Below the pieces are notes generated by a model. It worked only from the letters and a program-made list of their open reading frames with translations. It ran no database searches and had not been told where the DNA came from. The position numbers were made by a program, and so were the translations under genes. Positions 15,744 through 24,013 of a stretch of 24,013 nucleotides of DNA are shown here, piece by piece; positions within the stretch are counted from its first letter, which is position 1, and each line of letters opens with the position of its first letter. Source of the stretch: a virus (lineage: Duplodnaviria > Caudoviricetes); IMG/VR virus record IMGVR_UViG_3300005254_000063, positions 1 through 24,013 of that record; one strand, written 5' to 3'.

Positions 15744-16022
15744 ATGGATCCTATTAAGCTTTCAAAGCCGTATTCGTACGACGGCAAAGACTACGAGGAG
15801 ATTAACCTTGACTTTGATATTTTAACCGGTAATGACCTGATTAAAGCTGAAGCCGAGGCGCGGATTATCGGCGGTCCGATGCCGGTACCGGAACTATCTA
15901 AACAGTACCAGGCTGTAATAGCGGCCAAAGCGGCCCGGGTGCACGTTGATATGATTACGGGGTTGCCGGCCAAGGATTTTTCCAAAATAACTGTGATGGT
16001 GCAAGATTTTTTGTTCGAATAG
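15744..16022 (+). CDS. Tail assembly chaperone (P2 gpE / Mu gp41-like)
   Basis: IKLSKPY.YDGK....I.LDF..LTG.D...L.AKDF pattern; between tube and tape measure genes. Confidence 0.88.
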   Translation: MDPIKLSKPYSYDGKDYEEINLDFDILTGNDLIKAEAEARIIGGPMPVPELSKQYQAVIAAKAARVHVDMITGLPAKDFSKITVMVQDFLFE

Positions 16023-16186
16023 GCATTAACAATCCCGGAGCATTCCGGTGGTTGTTAATGGAAAACTGTCTCAGGTTGTCGGGTTTTTCTCATACGCCGG
16101 TTTCCTACTGGTTGGAGATGCCTGTAACTAAACTGGAAGACTGGCTGCGGGTGGCGGTGAGCATGAAGAAAAAGGAGGTGAGCTAA
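15744..16186 (+). CDS. Extended tail chaperone (gpE+E'-like, about 147 aa) made by -1 programmed ribosomal frameshift
   Basis: TTTTTTG at 16007-16013; the -1 frame is open to TAA 16184-16186 (FVRIGINNPGAFRWLLMENCLRLSGFSHTPVSYWLEMPVTKLEDWLRVAVSMKKKEVS) and fills the gap to the tape measure gene. Confidence 0.8.
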
Positions 16187-16189
16187 GAC

Positions 16190-18304
16190 ATGGCCCGCAA
16201 GACATACGAAATAGCGTTTGAGTTGGCCGGTAAGATTGGCTCTTCCTTTAGTGGTATGTTCACTTCGGCCAGTAACCGCCTGGCTCAGGTTAATCGTCAG
16301 ATATCCACCCTGCAGCGGGAAACCAAAACCCTGGACCGGTCACTTAAAGACGGGAAAATTACGGCTGAAGAGTACGCCCGGGCTTATGCCAAAGTTGAAA
16401 ACCAACTTAAACAGGCTGAACAGGCCCAGCAAAGATTTACCCGGGCAGCCAAGGCCGAGCAGTTGGCGCAGAAATCCGATCAATTCCGCGGGCAGATGCA
16501 GGGCGCCATGATGGGGGCAGCCGGCGCGGCCGTGGCCATAGGCGCTCCGGTTTATGCCGCCATGCAGTTTGAATCCTCCATGGCTGATGTGCGCAAGGTG
16601 GTTGACTTCGATACTCCTCAGCAATTTAAGGCTATGGAGAAAGATATCCTGTCCCTATCAAAAAGGATTCCCATGGCTGCCGAAGGCCTGGCGCAGATTG
16701 TTGCTTCGGGTGGCCAGGCCGGCCTGGCCCGGGAGGAGCTACTTGCCTATGCCGAGGCGGCGGCCAAGATGGGTGTGGCCTTCGATATTACTGCCGAAGA
16801 AGCTGGCCAAACCATGGCCCAGTGGCGCAGCGCGTTCAAGATGAACCAGGAGCAGGTCAACGTCCTGGCTGACCAGATAAATTATCTGGGTAACACCACC
16901 GCAGCTTCGGCGCCCAAAATTTCGGATGTTGTGCGGCGCATCGGTCCCCTGGGTGAAGTGGGCGGTGCGGCGGCCAACCAGATCGCTGCCATGGGTGCCA
17001 CTATGGTGGGCGCTGGTGTGGGCGAAGAAATAGCGGCAACGGGAATTAAAAATTTAATCCTTTCTCTAACTGCCGGTGAGGCGGCAACAAAAAAACAAGC
17101 TGAAGCACTTCAAATGCTTGGCATGGATGCCGAGCAAATGGCGTCTATGATGCAAAAGGACGCCCAGGGCGCTATCATGTCGGTGTTTGCCGCTTTGCAA
17201 AAACTACCCAAGGAAAAGCAGGCTTCGGTACTCTCCGAGCTTTTTGGCAAAGAGTCCATCGGCGCCATTGCTCCGCTTTTAACCAACCTGGATGCGCTGG
17301 AAACTAACCTGCGAAATGTAGCCGATACGACTAAATATGCCGGCAGCATGGAGAAAGAGTTTGAAGCAAGGTCCGCCACTACCGCCAATAATCTGCAACT
17401 GCTCCAAAATAACGTCAAGGCTCTGGGTATATCCATAGGAAACATACTATTACCGGCAGTAAATAAAGGGGCGGAAAAGCTTGTGGCAATTGCGGAGAAG
17501 GTCGAGGCGTTTACCCAAAAGCATCCCACGTTAACAAAGGCGCTGATACTAGGGGCTGCTGCTTTGACTATTTTTACTTTCGGTGTTGCAGGTCTTGGAC
17601 TTGCTTTCAGCCTTGTGGTCAGCCCGTTGGCGAGATTCTATGCTTGGGCAACAAAAATATCATTGAGTAGTAAAGTGGCGGCGGTAGGGACAAAGGCATG
17701 GGCTGCAGCTCAGCGGCTCTTGAACATCGCTATGAGCATGAACCCGATAATGAGAGTTGTGTTGCTTATCGGTGGACTTATATTTATAGGCAAAAAACTT
17801 TATGATAATTTTGAATCCATTAGAAACATTGTGGACGGTGTTTGGGCGGCATTTAAGGAAAAGTTCCCAAGTGCAGCTAAGTTTGTTGAAGGCGTTTTTC
17901 AAAAAGTCGGTAAGTTATGGGACAAGCTAAAAGGCTTTTGGAGATGGCTTGGGGGCAAAGGCGACAGCGGTGGTTCTTCTAGTACATCATCCAATGCCGG
18001 CAATCTGCGTGCATTGGATCGCTACGCCACCGGCGGGTTTGCTAGTCGCCCGTCTATATTCGGTGATGCCGGCCTTGAGGCGGCGATCCCCATCGACGGG
18101 TCAGCCAGGTCTCGCAGTATCTGGGAGCGGGCCGGGGAATTAAGTGGCTTTATCAGCGGCGACAGCATTACTTACGCTCCGGTTATCCACGCCCCGGGCG
18201 GGGATCCTGGAGTAATAAAGCAGGTACTTAAAGAATCACGTGATGATTTCTTTGATAAATATCAAGCGATGAAACATCAGCAAAGGCGGTTAGCTTATGC
18301 CTAA
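16190..18304 (+). CDS. Tail tape measure protein (TP901-family core)
   Basis: FESSMADVRKVVDF, LFGKESIG, GSMEKEF..RSATTAN motifs; Ala-rich helical protein with a hydrophobic C-terminal third. Confidence 0.94.
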   Translation: MARKTYEIAFELAGKIGSSFSGMFTSASNRLAQVNRQISTLQRETKTLDRSLKDGKITAEEYARAYAKVENQLKQAEQAQQRFTRAAKAEQLAQKSDQFRGQMQGAMMGAAGAAVAIGAPVYAAMQFESSMADVRKVVDFDTPQQFKAMEKDILSLSKRIPMAAEGLAQIVASGGQAGLAREELLAYAEAAAKMGVAFDITAEEAGQTMAQWRSAFKMNQEQVNVLADQINYLGNTTAASAPKISDVVRRIGPLGEVGGAAANQIAAMGATMVGAGVGEEIAATGIKNLILSLTAGEAATKKQAEALQMLGMDAEQMASMMQKDAQGAIMSVFAALQKLPKEKQASVLSELFGKESIGAIAPLLTNLDALETNLRNVADTTKYAGSMEKEFEARSATTANNLQLLQNNVKALGISIGNILLPAVNKGAEKLVAIAEKVEAFTQKHPTLTKALILGAAALTIFTFGVAGLGLAFSLVVSPLARFYAWATKISLSSKVAAVGTKAWAAAQRLLNIAMSMNPIMRVVLLIGGLIFIGKKLYDNFESIRNIVDGVWAAFKEKFPSAAKFVEGVFQKVGKLWDKLKGFWRWLGGKGDSGGSSSTSSNAGNLRALDRYATGGFASRPSIFGDAGLEAAIPIDGSARSRSIWERAGELSGFISGDSITYAPVIHAPGGDPGVIKQVLKESRDDFFDKYQAMKHQQRRLAYA

Positions 18305-18509
18305 GACATATACCACCATTCAGGGCGACATGTGGGACGGCATTGCCAAGAGGACTCTGGGTAGTGAGTATTACATGAGCGAACTCATAGACGCCAACCC
18401 GGAGCACCGGGAAACGGTGATATTTCCGGCTGGTGTCCATCTGGTCATTCCGGAAGTACCGACCCCGGTACCGGAGCTGCTGCCTCCCTGGAAGCGGAGT
18501 GATAGCTGA
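18297..18509 (+). CDS. Tail protein X (P2 gpX, LysM-like)
   Basis: YTTIQGDMWDGIA...LG.E......IDANP....IFPAGV.L.IP...LPPWK. Confidence 0.9.
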   Translation: MPKTYTTIQGDMWDGIAKRTLGSEYYMSELIDANPEHRETVIFPAGVHLVIPEVPTPVPELLPPWKRSDS

Positions 18510-19525
18510 TGGAGGCCAGGCGTGCGTACCTGACGCTTGTGTACGACAACGTTGATATTTCTGCTGACTTGCAGCCGCATTTGGTCAGTTGGACATATAC
18601 CGATAACCTGAGCGGCCAGGCGGACGACCTGCAGGTTACCCTGGAGGATAAGGCGCAGCTTTGGGTAAACGATTGGATGCCGGACAAGGGAGCGATTTTA
18701 AAAGCGAAAATAACCCAGTTGCACAAAAAATGGTCCGAGGAAATAAGCGAGATGAGCCCGGGTCTGTTTGAGATTGACGAAATTGAAAGCAGTTACCCGC
18801 CGTCCGTGGTAATTATCAAGGGTCTATCTATTCCAGAGTCCTCTTCCTTGCGAGGGGAAAGTAAAAACAAGGCCTGGGAGAAAACAAAGCTCTCTGTGAT
18901 TGCCGCCGACATTACCAAAAAAGCCGGGCTCAAGCTGTTTTACGATACAGCTGATGATCCCGATTATGACCGGGTGGAGCAAACGGAAGAATCCGACCTG
19001 GTGTTTTTGATGCGGCTGTGTAATGACGCCGGCCTTTGCCTGAAGGCAACAGATGCCCAGATAGCAATTTTTGATGAACAAAAGTACGAAAAGCAGGAGC
19101 CGTTTACCAGGGTCCAAAAAGGAGAGGCCTACCTGAAAAGTTACCGGTTCAGGACAACGTTGAATGGCCTGTATAAGTCCTGCCGGGTGGAGTACCACGA
19201 CGCGAACAAAAAGCAGACTATTAAGTACACCTTCACTCCGCCAAACCCACCGGCAACCGGGCGGGTTCTGGTGGTTAACGAGCGCGTAGCCTCAGTAAAG
19301 GAAGCGGAACGGCTGGCTAGGAAACGACTGCGCCAGGAGAACAAGAACGCGATTACTGCGTCCATGACCCTGATGGGTGACGTCCGGTTCCTGGCCGGCT
19401 TAACTGTAAGGATGGTCGATTTCGGTGTCTTTGACGGCAATTACATAATTACACAGGTGACCCATAGCCAGCAGAGCGGATATGAAACCGGCATCGAACT
19501 GCGCCAATGTCTGGAGGGGTATTGA
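18509..19525 (+). CDS. Baseplate hub / late control D protein (P2 gpD-like)
   Basis: YTDNLSGQADDLQVTLED, EQTEESDLVFL.RL, FDGNYII..VTH motifs. Confidence 0.9.
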   Translation: MEARRAYLTLVYDNVDISADLQPHLVSWTYTDNLSGQADDLQVTLEDKAQLWVNDWMPDKGAILKAKITQLHKKWSEEISEMSPGLFEIDEIESSYPPSVVIIKGLSIPESSSLRGESKNKAWEKTKLSVIAADITKKAGLKLFYDTADDPDYDRVEQTEESDLVFLMRLCNDAGLCLKATDAQIAIFDEQKYEKQEPFTRVQKGEAYLKSYRFRTTLNGLYKSCRVEYHDANKKQTIKYTFTPPNPPATGRVLVVNERVASVKEAERLARKRLRQENKNAITASMTLMGDVRFLAGLTVRMVDFGVFDGNYIITQVTHSQQSGYETGIELRQCLEGY

Positions 19526-20019
19526 TGGATCCAATTCTAAAAAACCTGATCAGGGTCGGTCGGGTGTCCTCCGTTGACCCAACTGCCTGTACCGCCCGAG
19601 TGGCATTTGAGGACCAGGCGAACCTGGTTTCTTATAAGCTGCCGGTGTTAGTCAGGGGATCCCTGCAGAATAAAGATTACTGGTTGCCGGATCCTGGGGA
19701 ACAGGTTTTGTGTTTATTTTTGCCTTCCGGGAATGCTCAGGGGTTTATTATCGGGTCTTTATACTCTAACCAGGACAAACCCCCTATGGGCAGTCAAAAT
19801 AAACGGTATATCAATTTTTCGGATGGTACAACTATTGAATATGATCGGGCTACTCACACGCTTATGATAGATGCCAAGGGGCCTATAAATATTATCGCCG
19901 CAAGTAATGTTTTGGTAACCGGAGACGTAATTGCCGATGGGGTTAGTCTGAAAACTCACGTGCACAGCGGTGTTACTGCTGGAGACAGCGACACCGGGCC
20001 GCCGGCAGGGGGTGCGTAA
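19525..20019 (+). CDS. Baseplate assembly protein V (central spike)
   Basis: NLIRVGRVSSVD, PDPGEQV, FSDGTTIEYD, SLKTHVHSGV (HxH metal-binding tip); ATG 19525 overlaps the gpD stop, with GGAGG RBS. Confidence 0.92.
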   Translation: MDPILKNLIRVGRVSSVDPTACTARVAFEDQANLVSYKLPVLVRGSLQNKDYWLPDPGEQVLCLFLPSGNAQGFIIGSLYSNQDKPPMGSQNKRYINFSDGTTIEYDRATHTLMIDAKGPINIIAASNVLVTGDVIADGVSLKTHVHSGVTAGDSDTGPPAGGA

Positions 20020-20020
20020 A

Positions 20021-20460
20021 ATGGGGTAATCGGCAGCTTTGGGGAAGTGGTTTTTGAAGTGTCTTCCAGCAGGGTGCGAACTTTTGATAACTTTTCCCGC
20101 AGCGGCTCCGGTCGCTGGGCAGTTCATGAGATTATCGGTCAAAAACCGTTATCCGAGTTTGTCGGCCCGGGGCAGGAAGGAATAAGTTTCTCCATCCGGT
20201 TGGACGCAAACTTAGGCGTTAATCCAGAAAGGGAGCTGCAAAAACTAAGGGCGATGCGTGATTCCGGGGAAGTGGCGGTGCTGATAATCGGCGGGCAACC
20301 GGTTACGGATAATTTCTTTGCTCTGGAATCGTTGAGTGAACAGCAAAAGGTATTCAGCGGGTCGGGTGTATTGATAGTCGCTAACGCTGACCTGACGCTG
20401 AAAGAATATCCGGTTGAGAGGTGGGTCTGGTGGCTGAATACTCTGTCGCAGCAGATTTAA
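20021..20460 (+). CDS. Tail protein, P2 gpU family; 5' end appears frameshifted by one missing G
   Basis: IGSFGEVVFEVS...RWAVHEIIGQKP.SEFVGP...LTLKEY motifs; the SD-associated ATG 20021 reads ATG GGG TAA, out of frame with the body (ORF track starts at GTG 20047). Confidence 0.82.
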
Positions 20461-20747
20461 CCCGGATTGACTTTGCCGCCACGGGGGTGGCCGAGGTTCT
20501 GCAAAACGTGCGCATGATTCTGGCCACGCCGCAGTTTTCATGTCCGCTGGACCGTGATTTTGGCTGGGACCCCAATGTTGACGCGCCCATAAACCTGGTT
20601 CAGGCCAAGCTGACCGCCCGTATTGTAGCCGCCATCCGGAGGTATGAGCCCCGGGCCCAGGTGGTAAGTGTCACTTTTCAGGGTGACGGCCAGCAGGGCG
20701 TCTTAAAGCCGATAGTGAAGGTGAGGGTTGACGATGACGCGGTTTAA
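20430..20747 (+). CDS. Baseplate wedge protein (gpW/gp25 family)
   Basis: EVLQNVRMILATP..SCPLDRDFG and AIRRYEPRA motifs; GTG 20430 fits SD GAGGTG. Confidence 0.9.
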   Translation: MAEYSVAADLTRIDFAATGVAEVLQNVRMILATPQFSCPLDRDFGWDPNVDAPINLVQAKLTARIVAAIRRYEPRAQVVSVTFQGDGQQGVLKPIVKVRVDDDAV

Positions 20748-21846
20748 TCTGCCGGATATAACTTTTGCGGAAAAGTCCGTACAAGAAATAGAAACGGAAA
20801 TTATGAACGCTTACGAGGAATCCGCCGGGTACCGGCTGGCGGCGGCCGACCCGCGCTGCAAATTTTTGCAGGCCATTGCCAAAATCATTGCCGTGCAGCG
20901 GTCACTCATCGACTTCGCGGCCAAGCAGAACCTCCTGGCTTACTCCACCGGTGATTACCTGGACCACATCGGGGCTTTCAGCAGCACGGAACGGCTACAG
21001 CCCACCTACGCTACAACCACTGAAAGATTTAACCTTTCCACGGCGTTTGACCAGACAATTCCAGCCGGTACCCGGGTGACTGCCAGCGATAACGTGTTTT
21101 TTGCCACCACCAAGGACGTCGCCGTCCAGGGCGGCCAGACGTACGTTGACGTGGAGGTTCAGTGCACCGAGCCCGGCACAATCGGAAACGGGTATCTGCC
21201 CGGGGAAATCAACACTCTGGTGGACCCCATCCAGTGGGTGCAGTCGGTTGAGAACATCACCGAAAGTGAGGGCGGCGCCGACCTGGAAGAGGATGACCAG
21301 TATGCCGAGCGCATTCAACAGGCCCCCGAAAGCTACTCCACCGCTGGACCTGACGGTGCGTATAAATACTGGGCCAGGACAGCTAGCCAGTCAATCATTG
21401 ATGTTTCGGTGCGCAGCCCTTCCGCCGGCACGGTGGAGATTTGGCCCCTGCTTGAAGACGGTGAAATACCCGGGCAGGAAATCCTGGACGCCGTGCTGGC
21501 GGTGTGCAACGACAAGAAGATCAGGCCACTGACGGACCAAGTGCAGGTGCTGGCCCCGGAACAGGTGAGCTATGATATTACGCTCACATATTACATCCGG
21601 ACTGAGGACAGCAGCCTTGAATCGAGCATTCAGGAGAAGGTCAACCAGGCCGTGGAGGATTACAAGCTGTGGCAAAAGTCCAAACTGGGGCGGGACATTG
21701 ACCCGTCCGAACTCATCACCCGGGTGAAAAACGCCGGCGCCAAGCGGGTGGCCGTCACCGCGCCGGCATACCAGCAAGTTGAATCCTACCAGGTGGCCGT
21801 GGAGAACCTGGTGACGGTCACTTACGGAGGGCTGGAAGATGATTAA
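20734..21846 (+). CDS. Baseplate J/gp47 family protein
   Basis: QNLLAYSTGDYLDHIG, GNGYLPGEI, GGADLEEDD...ERI..APES.STAGP.GAY, IRPLTD motifs. Confidence 0.94.
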   Translation: MTRFNLPDITFAEKSVQEIETEIMNAYEESAGYRLAAADPRCKFLQAIAKIIAVQRSLIDFAAKQNLLAYSTGDYLDHIGAFSSTERLQPTYATTTERFNLSTAFDQTIPAGTRVTASDNVFFATTKDVAVQGGQTYVDVEVQCTEPGTIGNGYLPGEINTLVDPIQWVQSVENITESEGGADLEEDDQYAERIQQAPESYSTAGPDGAYKYWARTASQSIIDVSVRSPSAGTVEIWPLLEDGEIPGQEILDAVLAVCNDKKIRPLTDQVQVLAPEQVSYDITLTYYIRTEDSSLESSIQEKVNQAVEDYKLWQKSKLGRDIDPSELITRVKNAGAKRVAVTAPAYQQVESYQVAVENLVTVTYGGLEDD

Positions 21847-22402
21847 TATATACAACATTGATTTGCTGGACATCCTTCCGGAAAGCTTGAAGCAAGACCC
21901 CCAGATACAAGCCATGTGCGCGGCCATAACGCTGCAACTGCAGGCGGTTTCCAACGCGATAATCGAATGCATTCTACTGCCGAGGATTGACGAACTCCCC
22001 GGGGAAGTGCTGGACCTTCTGGCCTGGCGCTTTCACGTGGATTTTTACGATGCTTCCTACCCGGTGGAAACTAAAAGGCAGCTCGTCAAAAACTCCCTTG
22101 CTTGGCACATGCGCAAAGGAACACCCTCGGCGGTGGAGAAACTGATTACCGCTATTTTTGGTGATGGAGAAGTCCAAGAGTGGTTTGAATACGGAGGACA
22201 GCCATACCATTTTAAGGTTCTAACAAGTAATAATGCGGCAATAACTACAGACGTGCAGCGCTTTGAACGAGCCGTGCAATCCGTAAAAAACACGCGGTCC
22301 GTGCTTGAAGCAGTGGAAATAACTGCGACCGATGAACTTAATTTATATTTTGGAGATATAGTCCACATAGCTGATTATCAAGAGATTAGGCAGGTGGTTT
22401 AA
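21839..22402 (+). CDS. Tail protein I (P2 gpI family)
   Basis: LDLLAWRFHVD, HMRKGTPSAV, EWFEYGGQPYHF, VKNTRS motifs. Confidence 0.92.
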   Translation: MINIYNIDLLDILPESLKQDPQIQAMCAAITLQLQAVSNAIIECILLPRIDELPGEVLDLLAWRFHVDFYDASYPVETKRQLVKNSLAWHMRKGTPSAVEKLITAIFGDGEVQEWFEYGGQPYHFKVLTSNNAAITTDVQRFERAVQSVKNTRSVLEAVEITATDELNLYFGDIVHIADYQEIRQVV

Positions 22403-23644
22403 TTGGGTGCTTTCGGAGGCCTTATCCTGACAAATAAGGGCAGAAACTTGCAAGCTAAAGCGCAAGCCGGCACACAGCTGAATTTTACAAAAATTAAAAT
22501 AGGTGATGGGAGTCTCAGTGGACAAAGCATTGCTGATTTAACCGATTTGATTAGCATAAAAAAAGAATTAAACATATTGAGTCTTGAAACAATGACGGGA
22601 GGTAAGGCGAAGCTTCGCAGTTACTTCTCTAATGCAGACATTGAGACGGGTTTTTATTGGCGGGAACTAGGAGTCTTTGCCCAGGATCCCCAAGAGGGTG
22701 AAATACTCTATTGCTATGGAAATGCCGGTGCTAATGCTGAGTATATACCAGCTGGCGGCGGCCCTGACGTTGTGGAAAGGTATATTAATGTTATTACTCT
22801 TGTTGGGGATGCTTCCAATATATCCGCGACGTTGGGATCAGAAATCTATGTTACTCAGGCTGAGTTTGATTCTCATGCAAGTCGTCATGCCTCAGCTGGG
22901 GATGATCCTATCGCTCCGGTCGACATAGGAGCAGAAACACCGGCAGAAGCTCAGGCGAAAGCCGATGCTGCAGCCGCTGCCGGGGTAGCCGCAGCCGCAG
23001 CTGTGCAAGCTGATGTTGATGAACATAAGGCCGAAACCATACAACAGGGCGCACACGGCGGTTTGCCTGCTCACAAATCCACTCACGCTTCCGGGGGGAC
23101 AGATGCTCTTACCCCGGCGGATGTGGGGGCGGTCAACAAGGCCGGGGACACGATGACGGGGAACCTAACCATTGCCCCAGCTGGTAACGCTAGCATTGAA
23201 CTTGGCCGGACTGATGGCGTTGCCTCAACTCCTTTCATTGACTTACATTCTGGAGCTACTGCTGTAGACTATGATTCGAGAATTTTAGCCTCTGGAGGAA
23301 CGGGGGCTAACGCAGGTGGTACGCTTAATATATTAGCGGCTACATTGCAGAACAACGGCAACAAAGTCTGGCACGCGGGCAACGATGGTGCAGGTAGTGG
23401 GCTGGATGCGGATTTGCTGGATGGTTTTCATGCAGGTACTGCTGCTAATAATGTACTGAAACTGGATGCTAGTGGTTTAGTACCTTTAGCTAATATACCT
23501 GCTACTTTGACTGGTAAAAACGCTGACCAAGTAGACGGCTTACATGTAACAGGTTCAGGTACTCCTGGGTTGCGGAAGATAACGGTTTCTACTGCCGCAC
23601 CTTCTGGCGGGGTTGATGGCGATGTGTGGCTTCAGTATGCGTAG
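22403..23644 (+). CDS. Tail fibre protein
   Basis: N-terminal LTNKGRNL...FTKIKIGDG...GFYWRELGVFAQDP baseplate-anchor domain; fibre motifs VNKAGDTMTGNL, VWHAGNDGAGSGLDADLLDG; C-terminal APSGGVDGDVWLQY. Confidence 0.92.
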   Translation: MGAFGGLILTNKGRNLQAKAQAGTQLNFTKIKIGDGSLSGQSIADLTDLISIKKELNILSLETMTGGKAKLRSYFSNADIETGFYWRELGVFAQDPQEGEILYCYGNAGANAEYIPAGGGPDVVERYINVITLVGDASNISATLGSEIYVTQAEFDSHASRHASAGDDPIAPVDIGAETPAEAQAKADAAAAAGVAAAAAVQADVDEHKAETIQQGAHGGLPAHKSTHASGGTDALTPADVGAVNKAGDTMTGNLTIAPAGNASIELGRTDGVASTPFIDLHSGATAVDYDSRILASGGTGANAGGTLNILAATLQNNGNKVWHAGNDGAGSGLDADLLDGFHAGTAANNVLKLDASGLVPLANIPATLTGKNADQVDGLHVTGSGTPGLRKITVSTAAPSGGVDGDVWLQYA

Positions 23645-23656
23645 GTGGTGGTTAGT

Positions 23657-24013
23657 ATGCCAGTTTGGATAAATGTATCTGGAACGTGGAAGAAGACAAC
23701 AATGTCTAGTGTCAACGTGGGTGGAGTATGGAAGCAGGCTGTAGCACTCTATGTTAATGTGGGTGGGGTATGGAAAAAGACTTGGGCTCCTGAGAGGTGG
23801 ACTGCCAAAGCATCTATGCCCACAGCGAGGTACGGCCTTGCCGCAGCCGCACCAGGTAACGGGAAGTTGTATGCGGTAGGGGGGTACAACAGCAGCTACC
23901 TTGCCACCAACGAAGAATACGACCCATCTACCAACACCTGGACGACGAAAATAGCCATGCCCACAGGGAGGTATTATCTTGCCGCAGCCGCACCAGGTAA
24001 CGGGAAGTTGTAT
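23657..24013 (+). CDS. Kelch-repeat protein, putative receptor-binding adhesin (5' partial, runs off the window)
   Basis: Manual translation: three N-terminal NV.G.WK repeats, then WTAKASMPTARYGLAAAAPGNGKLYAVGGYNSSYLATNEEYDPSTNTW (GG, Y, W Kelch signature) and the start of a second repeat; not in the ORF track because no stop lies in the window. Confidence 0.88.
   Translation, partial: MPVWINVSGTWKKTTMSSVNVGGVWKQAVALYVNVGGVWKKTWAPERWTAKASMPTARYGLAAAAPGNGKLYAVGGYNSSYLATNEEYDPSTNTWTTKIAMPTGRYYLAAAAPGNGKLY
23816..24013 (+). repeat. Near-identical 141-nt-period tandem repeat (Kelch blades)
   Basis: 23816-23872 vs 23957-24013: 52/57 identical, last 36 nt identical including all wobble positions. 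Confidence 0.9.

Larger units (their letters stand above)
1..24013 (+). mobile_element. Temperate phage/prophage, middle and late region (lambda-like head, contractile P2/Mu-like tail); both ends lie outside the window
   Basis: Uninterrupted co-directional array of terminase, portal, protease, capsid, sheath, tube, tape measure, baseplate and fibre genes with overlapping stop/start codons. Confidence 0.97.

Noticed and set aside
20430-20460. 31-nt overlap between the gpU-like and gpW-like genes as a second frameshift
   Set aside because: The gpU family motif ends at LKEY before the overlap and gpW has its own SD; short overlaps are common in phage operons.
21101-21972. Alternative-frame and antisense ORFs (143 and 193 aa) within baseplate J/I
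   Set aside because: By-products of GC-rich codon usage in conserved structural genes.
13671-24013. Interpretation as a tailocin or contractile injection system
   Set aside because: A complete head and DNA packaging module with a cos site is attached, so this is a phage.

Overview
The whole window is the middle and late region of a temperate phage (probably a prophage). A Firmicutes/Clostridia-like host is inferred from the strong GGAGG/GGGGTG ribosome-binding sites and the gene families. All real genes are on the + strand. The regulatory/accessory block (1-3.9 kb) encodes a radical SAM enzyme, two tyrosine recombinases, a small DUF2292-like protein, a sigma-70 region-4 late regulator and a half-size PnuC-like membrane protein. 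It is followed by a lambda-like cos site and head module (Nu1/A terminase, gpW, portal, ClpP protease with nested scaffold, decoration protein, gpE capsid) and a P2/Mu-like contractile tail (sheath, tube, frameshifting chaperone, tape measure, X, D, V, U, W, J, I, fibre). The window ends inside a Kelch-repeat putative receptor-binding protein. The most unusual feature is a portal protein carrying an in-frame C-terminal GNAT acetyltransferase domain that looks inserted exactly at the portal/protease junction. Other highlights are near-identical Kelch repeats with AAC-like codons (possible diversified adhesin), a 33-bp repeat that looks like the late promoter, a terminator/antiterminator ahead of the sigma gene, a cosQ/cosN site with lambda spacing, and a one-base lesion at the start of gpU. 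Family calls come from motif recognition and synteny only; no searches were run.
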